From Longimicrobiales bacterium (lineage in GTDB: Bacteria > Gemmatimonadota > Gemmatimonadetes > Longimicrobiales > Gaopeijiaceae), in contig CBDDCX010000007.1 in the NCBI GenBank assembly GCA_965226375.1, positions 480,001-544,000 on the forward strand: a stretch of DNA of 64,000 nt, read 5' to 3'. Position 1 is the stretch's first letter; the number at the start of each line of letters is the position of its first letter. Below, piece after piece: positions 8,947-21,752 of the stretch. The notes beneath the pieces were generated by a model. That model was not told the DNA's origin. It ran no database searches and worked only from the letters and a program-made list of their open reading frames with translations. Both the position numbers and the translations under genes were made by a program.

Positions 8947-9617
8947 GTGTCAAGATCGCTCCTTCGATCTTGTCCTCGGACTTTGGCCGTCTGGCCGAGC
9001 AGGTGGCGGAAGCCGCCGAAGCCGGGGCGGACTGGATTCACGTCGACGTCATGGACGGCCACTTCGTGCCGAACATCACCATCGGGCCTGCGATTACAGC
9101 GGCGGTCAGGGCGGCCACGGATCTTCCGGTCGACGTACACCTGATGATCGAGCAGCCGGAGCGGTATCTGGAGGCCTTCGCCGACGCAGGTGCGGACTAT
9201 CTGGTCGTACACCAGGAGGCCTGCAAGCACCTACACCGTACCGTGGAGCAGATCCGTGAACTCGGTGTTCGTCCGGGTGTGACTCTGAATCCTGCCACAC
9301 CCCTCGAGACCCTGGCCGAGATCCTTCCTTACATCGATCTCGCACTCGTCATGTCGGTCAACCCGGGGTTCGGCGGACAGTCCTATATCCCTTCGAGCAC
9401 AGACAAAATCGCACGTCTCCGACGGATGCTCGACCAGAGCGGTGAGGACGTAGAGCTAGAGGTAGACGGAGGGGTGGACCGCCACACGGCAAGCGCGGCT
9501 GCTGGGGCGGGGGCCACAGTTCTGGTGGCCGGGTCGGCTGTATACGGACATCCTGGAGGAATCGCGGAGGCTATCCAGCTCATTCGAGAATCGACGGAGA
9601 AAACGGCGGACTCTTGA
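8943..9617 (+). CDS. rpe: Ribulose-phosphate 3-epimerase
   Basis: IAPSILS, HVDVMDGHFVPN, MSVNPGFGGQ, EVDGG. Confidence 0.97.
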   Translation: MSVKIAPSILSSDFGRLAEQVAEAAEAGADWIHVDVMDGHFVPNITIGPAITAAVRAATDLPVDVHLMIEQPERYLEAFADAGADYLVVHQEACKHLHRTVEQIRELGVRPGVTLNPATPLETLAEILPYIDLALVMSVNPGFGGQSYIPSSTDKIARLRRMLDQSGEDVELEVDGGVDRHTASAAAGAGATVLVAGSAVYGHPGGIAEAIQLIRESTEKTADS

Positions 9618-9706
9618 TCTGGTCGCTGGTCGGAAGTCGTACCCCTTGCCGGCTCACAGCGAAAAGTCCTGGAATTGCCGGGCCCTAAACGCTAGACTGG
9701 AAAACG

Positions 9707-10069
9707 ATGCACATGGACTCAACGATTATTGATCCTGCCGGCCTTGGTCGCCTCGAGGAATGGGGAGGACCGAAGCTCGTCAAAGAGATGATCAGGCTAT
9801 TCCTCGAGCATGGTCCTGCTCGCATGGACCAGATTCGGATCGTTCTCGAGAGCGACGACCTTGACCAGCCGGAGCGAGGCTCCCACTCACTCAAATCCAG
9901 CGCTGCGAACCTCGGCGCAGGGCGTGTGAGGCGCATCGCCGACGAGATCGAGCTTGCGGCTTCGAACGGGGAGGTCGAGCGTGTTCGTGAGCTGCTTCCC
10001 GGCCTGGAGGATGCCTTCAGCGAGGCCACGACGGAACTCGAAAAAATGGTTGAAGGATTAGCCGAATGA
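9707..10069 (+). CDS. Hpt (histidine phosphotransfer) domain protein
   Basis: HSLKSSAANLGA motif. Confidence 0.9.
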   Translation: MHMDSTIIDPAGLGRLEEWGGPKLVKEMIRLFLEHGPARMDQIRIVLESDDLDQPERGSHSLKSSAANLGAGRVRRIADEIELAASNGEVERVRELLPGLEDAFSEATTELEKMVEGLAE

Positions 10070-10436
10070 AGCCCAAGATAGCGGTCGTAGAGGACAATCC
10101 CGACAACCGGATGTTGGTCGCGGCGATTCTCGAGGACGAGTACGAGATCTCCGAGTACGAGACGGGTCTCGAGGCCGTAGAGGGGCTGCCGGACAATGTG
10201 CCCGATCTGGTACTGCTGGACATCTCCCTTCCGGGAATGGACGGCACCGAGGTGCTCCAGTGGATCCGTGCCCAGCACGAGTTTCTCGAGCTTCCGGTAA
10301 TCGCCCTGACGGCCCACGCCATGTCGGGCGATCGGGAGAAGTACCTGGACATGGGGTTCAACGACTATCTGACCAAGCCCATCATCGACGAGGACCTGCT
10401 CATGGGGGCGATCGAGCGCCTACTGACCGGCACGGC

Positions 10437-10440
<4 letters not shown>
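10066..10440 (+). CDS. Single-domain response regulator (DivK/CheY-like)
   Basis: VVEDN, LVLLDISLPGMDG, IALTAHAM, YLTKP. Confidence 0.93.
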
Positions 10441-13883
<3,443 letters not shown>

Positions 13884-13892
13884 CGCACCGCC

Positions 13893-15281
13893 TTGCCTGA
13901 ATTCGTACTGCGGACCCCCCTGGATCACCCTGCCGATGAGGTCTTCGCTTGGCACATGCGTCCGGGGGCGCTCGAGCGTCTGATCCCGCCCTGGGAGAGC
14001 ATCGAGATCCTGAAGCGCTCAGGTACGCCCGCCGACGGCGGACGGATCCTCTTTCGGGTGCGACGCGGGCCGACCGACATGAAGTGGGAGGTGAAGCACA
14101 CCGATTTCGAGGAAGGTGTGTCGTTCCGCGATGAGCAGATTCGGGGACCGTTCACACGTTGGGTCCACACGCATCGATTCGAGCCCACGGAGACCGGTGG
14201 CTGCCTGGTAGAAGACCATGTGGACTGGGAGCTGCCCATGGGCGTGGCCGGGCGACTCCTCGGTGGATCCACCGTGGAACACGAGTTGGAGCGCCTCTTC
14301 ACCTTCCGGCACCAGCGGCTGATCAACGATCTCGGCCGCATCGACCGCTACCGGGGTGACCGGACCCTGAAGGTCGGTGTGACCGGAGCGACCGGCCTCA
14401 TCGGCCGTGCTCTGTGCTCTGTGCTCACCACGGGGGGACACAGGGTTGTCCGGCTCCGACGTGACCCCGCGTCGCTCGGACCCGATGACGCTCTATGGAA
14501 TCCACAGGGCGAGCCGGAGGACATGAGCAAGCTGGAGGGAATGGACGCCGTCGTGCACCTGGCCGGGGAGCCATTGCTGGGTCTCCGCTGGACCGAGGAT
14601 AAAAAGAAGCGCATCTGGCAGAGCCGGGTGAAGGGCACCGAGTCGCTGGCCCGCACCCTCGCTCAGTTGAGACGCGCCCCCCGGGTGCTCGTGACCTCCT
14701 CGGCCGTGGGGTACTACGGCAACCGCGGCAATGAGGTGCTCACGGAGAGTTCCAAACCCGGGAAGGGGTTTCTCGCGGACCTCTGTCAGGCTTGGGAAGA
14801 GGCGACTCGTCCTGCTGCCCGGATGGCCATTCGGGTGGTGAGGCTCCGCACCGGCCTGGTTCTGTCGCCCGCCGGAGGAGCCCTGGGCACCATGCTCCTT
14901 CCCTTCAAGGTGGGGGTCGGTGGCCGGTTGGGGAGTGGTCGGCAGTACGTGAGCTGGATCGATCACGACGACATGCTCAGCTTGATTCTTCACGTGATCC
15001 GGACCGACACGATTCGGGGTCCCGTAAACGCCACCACCCCCTTTCCGGTGCCCAATTCGACGTTCACGAGTACTCTCGGGCGCGTGCTCAACCGCCCGAC
15101 CCTGATACCTGTGCCCAGCCTGCCGGTGAAGGCTCTGTTCGGAGAGATGGGGACCGAGACGCTTCTCTCGAGTGCCCGAGCAAGGCCGGCCGTCGCCGAA
15201 GAAACCGGATTCGAGTTTGCGTATCCCGGCTTGGAAGAGTCGCTACGACATCAGCTGGGTAGGGAGGTCGCTCCGCCCTAG
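13893..15281 (+). CDS. TIGR01777-family NAD-dependent epimerase/oxidoreductase fused to an N-terminal SRPBCC domain
   Basis: FAWHMRPGALERLIPPW / GPFTRWVHTHRF, then VTGATGLIG, HLAGE, LRTGLVL. Confidence 0.88.
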   Translation: MPEFVLRTPLDHPADEVFAWHMRPGALERLIPPWESIEILKRSGTPADGGRILFRVRRGPTDMKWEVKHTDFEEGVSFRDEQIRGPFTRWVHTHRFEPTETGGCLVEDHVDWELPMGVAGRLLGGSTVEHELERLFTFRHQRLINDLGRIDRYRGDRTLKVGVTGATGLIGRALCSVLTTGGHRVVRLRRDPASLGPDDALWNPQGEPEDMSKLEGMDAVVHLAGEPLLGLRWTEDKKKRIWQSRVKGTESLARTLAQLRRAPRVLVTSSAVGYYGNRGNEVLTESSKPGKGFLADLCQAWEEATRPAARMAIRVVRLRTGLVLSPAGGALGTMLLPFKVGVGGRLGSGRQYVSWIDHDDMLSLILHVIRTDTIRGPVNATTPFPVPNSTFTSTLGRVLNRPTLIPVPSLPVKALFGEMGTETLLSSARARPAVAEETGFEFAYPGLEESLRHQLGREVAPP

Positions 15282-15302
15282 GAGCGTCGCGCGAGCGGCG
15301 GT

Positions 15303-15968
15303 TCAGCCTCCGGCGCTATCCACGTGCACGAACCCGCCGTCGGGACTCAGAGCGGGGTAGGGGGTGCCCTGTTCGCGATAGAGTCGAGCCACCCGTGGAT
15401 AGGACCATTCGAACAGAATCCTCTGGTACTCGAGGGGACCCAGCCGTGACGCGTCGTACATGCCGGCTGCCTGCCTCTGACGGAACGCCTCGAAGAGCAG
15501 GAGTGCAGCGGCTACGGATACGTTGAACGAGTGGACCATTCCCACCATGGGGATTACGACCAGCTCGTCGGCCAGGGCGATCCCCTCCTCGCTGAGGCCC
15601 AAGAGCTCCGCACCCATCATGATGGCGGTGGGGCGGGTGTAGTCAACCGCACGGAAGTCCGTCGCGTCGGGTCCGGGATGCGCTGCGAGCACGCGGAATC
15701 CGCGGTCTTTCAAGGTCTCGACGGCGTTTTGGGTGGTAGGGTGTCTAACCACCTTGACCCATTCGGACGTACCGGCCGACGTGTGGCCGTGGACGTCCAA
15801 TCCCTCCGGGGGCGGGACCGCATGAGCTTCCAGAACGCCGACGGAATCGCAATTACGAAGGATCGCCGACAGGTTGTGGCTCTTATGGACACGCTCCATG
15901 AGAACCGTGAGATCGGGCTGGCGCCGGCGTAGTGCCGTGGTGAGCTTGGAAAAGCGCTCGGGGTTCAT
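15303..15968 (-). CDS. trmH: tRNA (guanosine(18)-2'-O)-methyltransferase
   Basis: RRQPDLTVLME.VHK.HNLSAI.R, MGAE..GLS, IPMVGMVHSFNVSVA (SpoU). Confidence 0.93.
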   Translation of the reverse strand: MNPERFSKLTTALRRRQPDLTVLMERVHKSHNLSAILRNCDSVGVLEAHAVPPPEGLDVHGHTSAGTSEWVKVVRHPTTQNAVETLKDRGFRVLAAHPGPDATDFRAVDYTRPTAIMMGAELLGLSEEGIALADELVVIPMVGMVHSFNVSVAAALLLFEAFRQRQAAGMYDASRLGPLEYQRILFEWSYPRVARLYREQGTPYPALSPDGGFVHVDSAGG

Positions 15969-16215
15969 AGGATGGTAGGGTGTCCGGGCCGCTGGCGTGA
16001 CGTGGCGATTTCCCCGTTCGTGGATTGCTCAATAGAATGGCGATTCGTCCGGGCCGTGGCCATGATCCCGCTGTGCTCTCGGATTACCGTGACGTACACG
16101 TTTCACTTGAGATGATGAAGTGGGTGAGGGTGGAATCAACCCGCTCCGATGCTGCCCGCTGAGGTCCGGTATACACGACCGATTCGGTTAGATACACCTA
16201 TTACACGGCGGGACT

Positions 16216-16923
16216 ATGGAATCGGACCAGACCTCGGAGGCGGGCCAGACGATCGAATCAGGCCAGACCCTGCGGGCAAATGGGCAGGCGTCGAGAAGGA
16301 CGCGCCGTTGGTGGTACGCCGGCGTGCTGCTCGCCGTACTCGTGCTGGGCGGGCGGGCGTTCCTGCGGGTCGGGAGTTGGCTGGTGGTGCAAGACGAACC
16401 GGAGCCATCCGCCGCCATCGTGGTGTTGAGCGGGGAGGTGCCGTATAGGGCGATGGAAGGGGCGGATCTCTACAATCAGGGGTGGGCTCCGGAAGTCTGG
16501 CTGACGCGGGACAGTGACCGCAGGCGGGAAGAGGCCGTGGGGGCGCTCGGGATCGAACTCCTTATCGATGCTGACGACAACCGCAACATCCTTGAGGCGA
16601 TGGGCGTGCCGGCCGATGCCATCAGGGTGCTTCCCGGAATCGTTGCCAGCACGGCTGACGAGGTGCGTTTGATTTCTCGGACTCTCTCTGAGACCGGGGG
16701 TGAACGGGTGATCATCGTCACCTCGCCGTTTCATACCCGACGCGCTCGCGCGCTCTGGAGGGGTCTGGTTGGGGACACTCCGGGAGCTTTGCTTCAGCCC
16801 TCCAGGCGGGATCCTTACAGTGCGAGCCGATGGTGGCGTCGAACCGACGACATATGGGCCGTAGCCAAGGAGGTTCTGGGCCTGCTGAATGCCTGGATGG
16901 GCTCTCGCGTTCAACCGAGGTAA
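16216..16923 (+). CDS. YdcF/DUF218-family membrane-anchored protein
   Basis: N-terminal TM, AIVVLSG, STADE, IIVTSPFHTRRA. Confidence 0.85.
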   Translation: MESDQTSEAGQTIESGQTLRANGQASRRTRRWWYAGVLLAVLVLGGRAFLRVGSWLVVQDEPEPSAAIVVLSGEVPYRAMEGADLYNQGWAPEVWLTRDSDRRREEAVGALGIELLIDADDNRNILEAMGVPADAIRVLPGIVASTADEVRLISRTLSETGGERVIIVTSPFHTRRARALWRGLVGDTPGALLQPSRRDPYSASRWWRRTDDIWAVAKEVLGLLNAWMGSRVQPR

Positions 16924-17058
16924 AGGAGGTTTGGAGCGTGACTCTCGATCGGCCTGGACACAAGGGACTATCGCGATGCCGATACGTTACCGAGACTGTT
17001 ACCGCCGGGTAGGCTAGAGATGAAGGGAGAGCGTCCGGTACTAGGATAGCAACAACTT

Positions 17059-17141
17059 GCCGGGGTGGCGGAATGGTAGACGCAGGGGACTTAAAATCCC
17101 CCGGGAGAAATCCCATGTGGGTTCGATCCCCACCCCCGGCA
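17059..17141 (+). tRNA. tRNA-Leu(TAA)
   Basis: GCCGGGG acceptor/CCCCGGC-A, D-arm GGCGGAATGGTAGACGC, anticodon arm GGGGA-CT TAA AA-TCCCC, long variable arm, GGTTCGATCCC. CCA is not encoded. Confidence 0.96.
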
Positions 17142-17241
17142 CTCTAGGGCAAGAGGCGCGTTGCCTGAGGGTTTCCCGCGATCGCCCGCACACCGACCTA
17201 CTCCATTGCGACGACTCCGGTGGAGAGCCCCTACTGGTCAT

Positions 17242-17270
17242 AATCTGTCCCATATAGACATGGACAGATT
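17242..17270. repeat. Perfect 9-bp inverted repeat with 11-bp spacer
   Basis: AATCTGTCC-CATATAGACAT-GGACAGATT. Confidence 0.8.
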
Positions 17271-17488
17271 CTCGGGAGCAGTCTTTCACTAGGCCGGGAC
17301 GGCACGGCAGGCGCTCGATCCGCCCGTCGCGGGTGAATAGTCCGATCCTCAGGTCGTGCGCCAGGGGAGAATCGCTAGAGCCTCACGCCGCCCGGCACGG
17401 GAGTCACTTGCTCCCGGGTCATTAGATTCCTGGGCGGCTAGCTTCTCCGAATGACCTATGACAATCCGGTTCCGACTGTAAATCCGTC

Positions 17489-18280
17489 CTAGAGCGGGCG
17501 GTCCGGATTCGCGATGCTCCGCCACATGTGGGCCGATGCGGAGTTGTCGTTCCCCAGGCCCTCTTTGGGCTGCTTGAAGTGGCGTCCGATGAAATCGATG
17601 AACGGGTCGATCGATACCTCGACGCCCTCCTGGAACCCGTATGTGTCGTTCACCGTGATCAGCCGGGATTCCATATACCAGCTGTGTGCGCGGGCGTACT
17701 CGTACGCTTCCTTGATGTAGGGCTCGGGCACGTAGTCCTCACCGAACATCCGATTGTAGAGTTCCGGATACTCGTAGCCGACGGACTCGTCCGGGTAGAA
17801 GCGGAGCGCCTGGTGATAACGGATTCCCCAGCTGATTCGCTCGTCGACGTAAGGCTCGAACAGGGCGGCACCCCAGTACCCGTGGTCCACCCTGATGAGA
17901 GCTTGTACGGTATCGTGAAGCAGGCATGCCAGGATGGTCCGCTCGGGCTGCCCGGTTTGCAGGGCATGCGCGGCGCTCTGAAGCACGTGATTGGCCGGTG
18001 CGAAACGAAGCCGGAAAAAATCCTCGAGCGTGGCGTTCTTCGGCATGGGCTCGAGGGGATCCCCGTCCCCCTTCACGAAGAGTCGGCCGACGCCGCGACG
18101 AGTCGCGGATTCCTGCATCTCTCTGACCTCTTCGTCAGCATACTTCCGCGGGGGCTGTGTGCTGTCGTCGAGCTGGTGGATCATGAAGTGCTCGAGCTCT
18201 TCGGCCCTGTCCTCGTGGGACATAGCGGCGAGTGCCCCGACACCTACGGAAGCGAAGAATTCTCTGCGGTCTACATCCAC
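17489..18280 (-). CDS. HD-domain metalloprotein (PhnZ/MIOX-like ligand spacing) with twin-arginine N-terminus
   Basis: DRREFF; HVLQSA...LLHD...DHG...RYH...ND. GGAGG before GTG. Confidence 0.75.
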   Translation of the reverse strand: MDVDRREFFASVGVGALAAMSHEDRAEELEHFMIHQLDDSTQPPRKYADEEVREMQESATRRGVGRLFVKGDGDPLEPMPKNATLEDFFRLRFAPANHVLQSAAHALQTGQPERTILACLLHDTVQALIRVDHGYWGAALFEPYVDERISWGIRYHQALRFYPDESVGYEYPELYNRMFGEDYVPEPYIKEAYEYARAHSWYMESRLITVNDTYGFQEGVEVSIDPFIDFIGRHFKQPKEGLGNDNSASAHMWRSIANPDRPL

Positions 18281-18451
18281 GATTCACCTCCGGCTCTCAG
18301 TGACGGATCTGCAGCGGTGCGAGACGGACCTAAAACGCCAAGCATCGCGACGATAACTCTCGCGGCGGGCCGGGGCAAATCGGTGGGTGCTGTCCGGCGT
18401 GGGTATCCGACGAGAATGGACAGGTATGCGGATCGCTGCGACCATGGAGGG

Positions 18452-18484
18452 CATACGTATGTTTCGATTCAAAACATACGTATG
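18452..18484. repeat. Perfect 13-bp inverted repeat containing two 10-bp palindromes
   Basis: CATACGTATGTTT-CGATTCA-AAACATACGTATG. Confidence 0.85.
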
Positions 18485-18634
18485 GCCCCGAAACCGGAAC
18501 CAAACGTCCCCCCGGGGCGGTCACTAATCCGGCCGGAGGTGGCGAGACAGCACCGCCGTAGCATCGTTCGGATCGGATTCACGGAAGCAGAGCTTCTCCG
18601 TAACACCCACGCCGATCCGCATGCCGAGATCCCC

Positions 18635-19618
18635 ATGCAATACACCCGACTAGGCTCCAGCGGCCTCAACGTCTCTCGCATCTGCCTCGGCTGCATGAGC
18701 TATGGCACCTCCGAGTGGCGCCCTTGGGTCCTCGATGAGGAGGATGCACGCCCGTTCTTCCGACAGGCCATCGAGTCCGGCATCAACTTCTTCGATACGG
18801 CCAACATGTACTCGTTGGGTGTGAGTGAAGAGGTCACGGGGCGGGCCCTGCGAGAGTATGGTACCCGCGGCGAGCTCGTGATCGCGACCAAGGTCTTTTT
18901 CCCCATGGGAGAGGGCCCGAATCTGGGAGGCTTGTCGCGCAAGCACATTGTGGAGGCGTGCGAGGCGAGCCTCGGCCGCCTGGGAGTGGAGGCCATCGAT
19001 CTGTACCAGATCCACCGGTGGGATCCCGAGACGCCCATCGAGGAAACCTTGGCCGCCCTCGACCACCTCGTTCAGTCGGGGAAGGTGCGGTATATCGGCG
19101 CCAGTTCCGGATGGGCGTGGCAGCTCGCCCAGGCCCTGGGTGTTTCGGACAAGAACGGATCGGCGCGCTTTGTCTCGATGCAGAACCATTACAACCTGAT
19201 CTACAGAGAAGAGGAACGGGAGATGTTGCCGCTCTGCGAAGCCGAGGGGATCAGCGCGATCCCCTGGTCACCGTTGGCCCGTGGAATTCTGGCCGGCACC
19301 CGGACCTCCTTGGATGACCGTCAGTCGACGCCCCGTGCGGAGGCCGATACCTACGCCCACGCTCTCTACACGGAACCGACCGGCTGGGATGTCGTGACTG
19401 CCGTCCAATCCGTGGCGGAGGAGAGGGGGGCGTCACCGGCCGAGGTGTCGCTCGCCTGGCTCCTCTCGAAGCCCGCTGTTGCGGCTCCTATCGTTGGAGC
19501 GACGAAGCTCGCCCATCTCGATTCGGCCGTCCGCGCCGTCGAGTTGAGGTTGGAGCCTGCGGAGATCGAGCGCATGGAGGCGCCTTACCGGCCGCAAGCC
19601 GTCCAGGGTCACTCGTAG
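18635..19618 (+). CDS. Aldo/keto reductase (YajO-like)
   Basis: SRICLGCMSYG, FFDTANMYS, IDLYQIHRWD, GKVRYIGAS, PWSPLARG. Confidence 0.93.
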   Translation: MQYTRLGSSGLNVSRICLGCMSYGTSEWRPWVLDEEDARPFFRQAIESGINFFDTANMYSLGVSEEVTGRALREYGTRGELVIATKVFFPMGEGPNLGGLSRKHIVEACEASLGRLGVEAIDLYQIHRWDPETPIEETLAALDHLVQSGKVRYIGASSGWAWQLAQALGVSDKNGSARFVSMQNHYNLIYREEEREMLPLCEAEGISAIPWSPLARGILAGTRTSLDDRQSTPRAEADTYAHALYTEPTGWDVVTAVQSVAEERGASPAEVSLAWLLSKPAVAAPIVGATKLAHLDSAVRAVELRLEPAEIERMEAPYRPQAVQGHS

Positions 19619-19624
19619 GCATCC

Positions 19625-20488
19625 ATGGCCTTGGGCTCACTGATCAACGGACTCCTGGCACCGCTCGGTCTCCGTCTCCACAAGAGACCCACCGGCCTCG
19701 GACGGAGCGGACTGTCTCGACAGAACGAGGAAGCCATCATCCAAGACCTCATGGAGGGTCTCGAGATCGAGCGATACTTCGTGGACATCGGGGCGTCGGA
19801 CGGGGCCAAGGATTCGAACACCGCGAGGCTGGCTCTGGACGGATGGCAAGGCGTCTTCTTCGAGTGTGATGCCGACACCTTGGCGGTCTTGGCGGCGAAC
19901 TACGCCGGCGTGGAGTCGGTGGTGGCATCCGGTGCACGGATCACGCCCGACAACGTGGTCGGCCTTCTGCAAGGCCATGAGGTGCCGCGGGACTTCGGAG
20001 TGCTCAGCTTGGACATCGACTCGTACGACCACTACGTGCTGGCGAGTCTGCTGGAAGATTTCCGTCCCACCGAGATCAACGAGAAAATTCCGCCGCCTCT
20101 GGTGTTTTCGGTCCGCTTCCATCCCGAGCACCGCTGGGATCAGAGTCACTTCTATGGTCACAGCATCGCCGCTGTCGGGCAGTTGGCCGACCGGCATGAG
20201 TACAGGTTGGTACATCTCGAGTACAACAACGCGTTTCTCGTGGATGGGAATCGGACCGACGTACCCGGGCTGACGCCCCGCGTGGTGTACGAGAGCGGAT
20301 ACCTCGATCGCCCGGACCGGACGAGGCGGTTTCCCTGGAACTCAGACGTCGAGGTGGCGCTCACCCTGCCCGCTCGAGAGGCCGTCGAATTCTTTCGAAG
20401 ACTGTTCGTCCGTTACGAGGGTTCGTACGACCTGGCCATCGTCGATGACGGAAATAGCGAGAATGAGGCAACGCCACCTGTCGACTAG
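19625..20488 (+). CDS. FkbM-like SAM-dependent methyltransferase-fold protein
   Basis: FVDIGASDG...SNT...GWQGVFFE, LSLDIDSYD. Confidence 0.6.
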   Translation: MALGSLINGLLAPLGLRLHKRPTGLGRSGLSRQNEEAIIQDLMEGLEIERYFVDIGASDGAKDSNTARLALDGWQGVFFECDADTLAVLAANYAGVESVVASGARITPDNVVGLLQGHEVPRDFGVLSLDIDSYDHYVLASLLEDFRPTEINEKIPPPLVFSVRFHPEHRWDQSHFYGHSIAAVGQLADRHEYRLVHLEYNNAFLVDGNRTDVPGLTPRVVYESGYLDRPDRTRRFPWNSDVEVALTLPAREAVEFFRRLFVRYEGSYDLAIVDDGNSENEATPPVD

Positions 20489-20523
20489 TGAAAATTGGTG
20501 CGAACTCCGTGCTTCGAATGGCC

Positions 20524-20553
20524 TTGAGTAAGGACCCCAAAAGCGGGTATTTT
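20524..20553 (+). promoter_or_regulatory. Putative promoter of nadA-nadC
   Basis: TTGAGT-N18-TATTTT, about 110 nt upstream of the nadA ATG. Confidence 0.4.
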
Positions 20554-20667
20554 GTACGACTCACTCACGGTTCCTACCGGACTCACGAGAGCCGAAGGCC
20601 CTCCAGTCAAAGACAGGTCGGGTAGCTGGTGAACGAACAGCTTCACCGATCTGCCACGTAGAAACAG

Positions 20668-21747
20668 ATGCTCGAATACACGCCCGAGGTCGCACGCTCG
20701 ACGGCTCCACTACTGGAGCGGGTGAAGCAGTTCATTCCGGAAATAGAGTGGCCGGTGGTGGCGCCACACATCCACGCCATCAATGAGCTCAAGAAGGCCA
20801 AGAACGCGGTCATTCTGGCTCACAACTACCAGACGCCGGACATCTACCACTGCGTGGCCGACTTTGTGGGTGACTCCCTGCAGTTGGCCATGCAGGCGCG
20901 GGACACAAAAGCCGAGATCATTGTTCAGGCCGGTGTCCACTTCATGGCAGAGACATCGAAGCTCCTGTCGCCCGAGAAGACTGTGCTCATTCCCAGCCTT
21001 GAGGCCGGCTGCTCGCTGGCCGCGTCGGTGACGGGACGGGACGTACGTCTTCTCAAGGAGAAGTATCCGGGCGTGCCCGTGGTGACCTACGTGAACACTT
21101 CGGCCGACGTGAAGGCGGAGTCCGACCTGTGCTGCACGTCGTCGAACGCGGTCGAGATCGTCGAGTCTCTGGGAGTAGAACGGGTGATTCTTCTGCCCGA
21201 CGAGTACCTCACCAAGAACGTAGCCGCCCAGACCGATGTCGAGGTGATCGCGTGGCACGGTCGGTGTGAGGTGCACGAACGCTTTACGGCCGACGAGGTC
21301 CGGCAGTACCGAAGGGACACACCGGACCTGGTAGTGTTGGCCCATCCCGAGTGCTCCCCGGAGTTGATCGCCGAGGTTGATTACACCGGCTCCACCGCCG
21401 GCATGATCCGTTTTGTAAAGGACCATCGGCCCCCTCGGGTCATGATGGTCACCGAGTGCTCCATGAGCGACAACGTGGCGGCCGAGACGCCGGACGTGGA
21501 GTTCATTCGTCCCTGCAATCTCTGTCCCCACATGAAGCAGATCACCCTGCAGAATATCCTCGAGAGCCTCCAGTTGGGTCGCTACGAGGTGCATATCCCG
21601 GAGGAGATCGCGATCCGCGCCCGGCAGTCGGTGCAAGGCATGGTCGATCTCCGGACAACGGGAAGAGGCTTCTCCAAGGGCACGCCTCCTGAAGTGGTGG
21701 TCGAGGACCGAGAAACGGTCGATTCGGCAACGAGCGTTTCGGCCTGA
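20668..21747 (+). CDS. nadA: Quinolinate synthase
   Basis: [40 protein letters not shown]. Confidence 0.96.
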   Translation: MLEYTPEVARSTAPLLERVKQFIPEIEWPVVAPHIHAINELKKAKNAVILAHNYQTPDIYHCVADFVGDSLQLAMQARDTKAEIIVQAGVHFMAETSKLLSPEKTVLIPSLEAGCSLAASVTGRDVRLLKEKYPGVPVVTYVNTSADVKAESDLCCTSSNAVEIVESLGVERVILLPDEYLTKNVAAQTDVEVIAWHGRCEVHERFTADEVRQYRRDTPDLVVLAHPECSPELIAEVDYTGSTAGMIRFVKDHRPPRVMMVTECSMSDNVAAETPDVEFIRPCNLCPHMKQITLQNILESLQLGRYEVHIPEEIAIRARQSVQGMVDLRTTGRGFSKGTPPEVVVEDRETVDSATSVSA

Positions 21748-21752
21748 CCTCT

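Noticed and set aside
17528..19618. 696-aa ORF as a novel fusion protein
   Set aside because: The N-terminal part is the antisense shadow of the HD gene. The real aldo/keto reductase starts at 18635.
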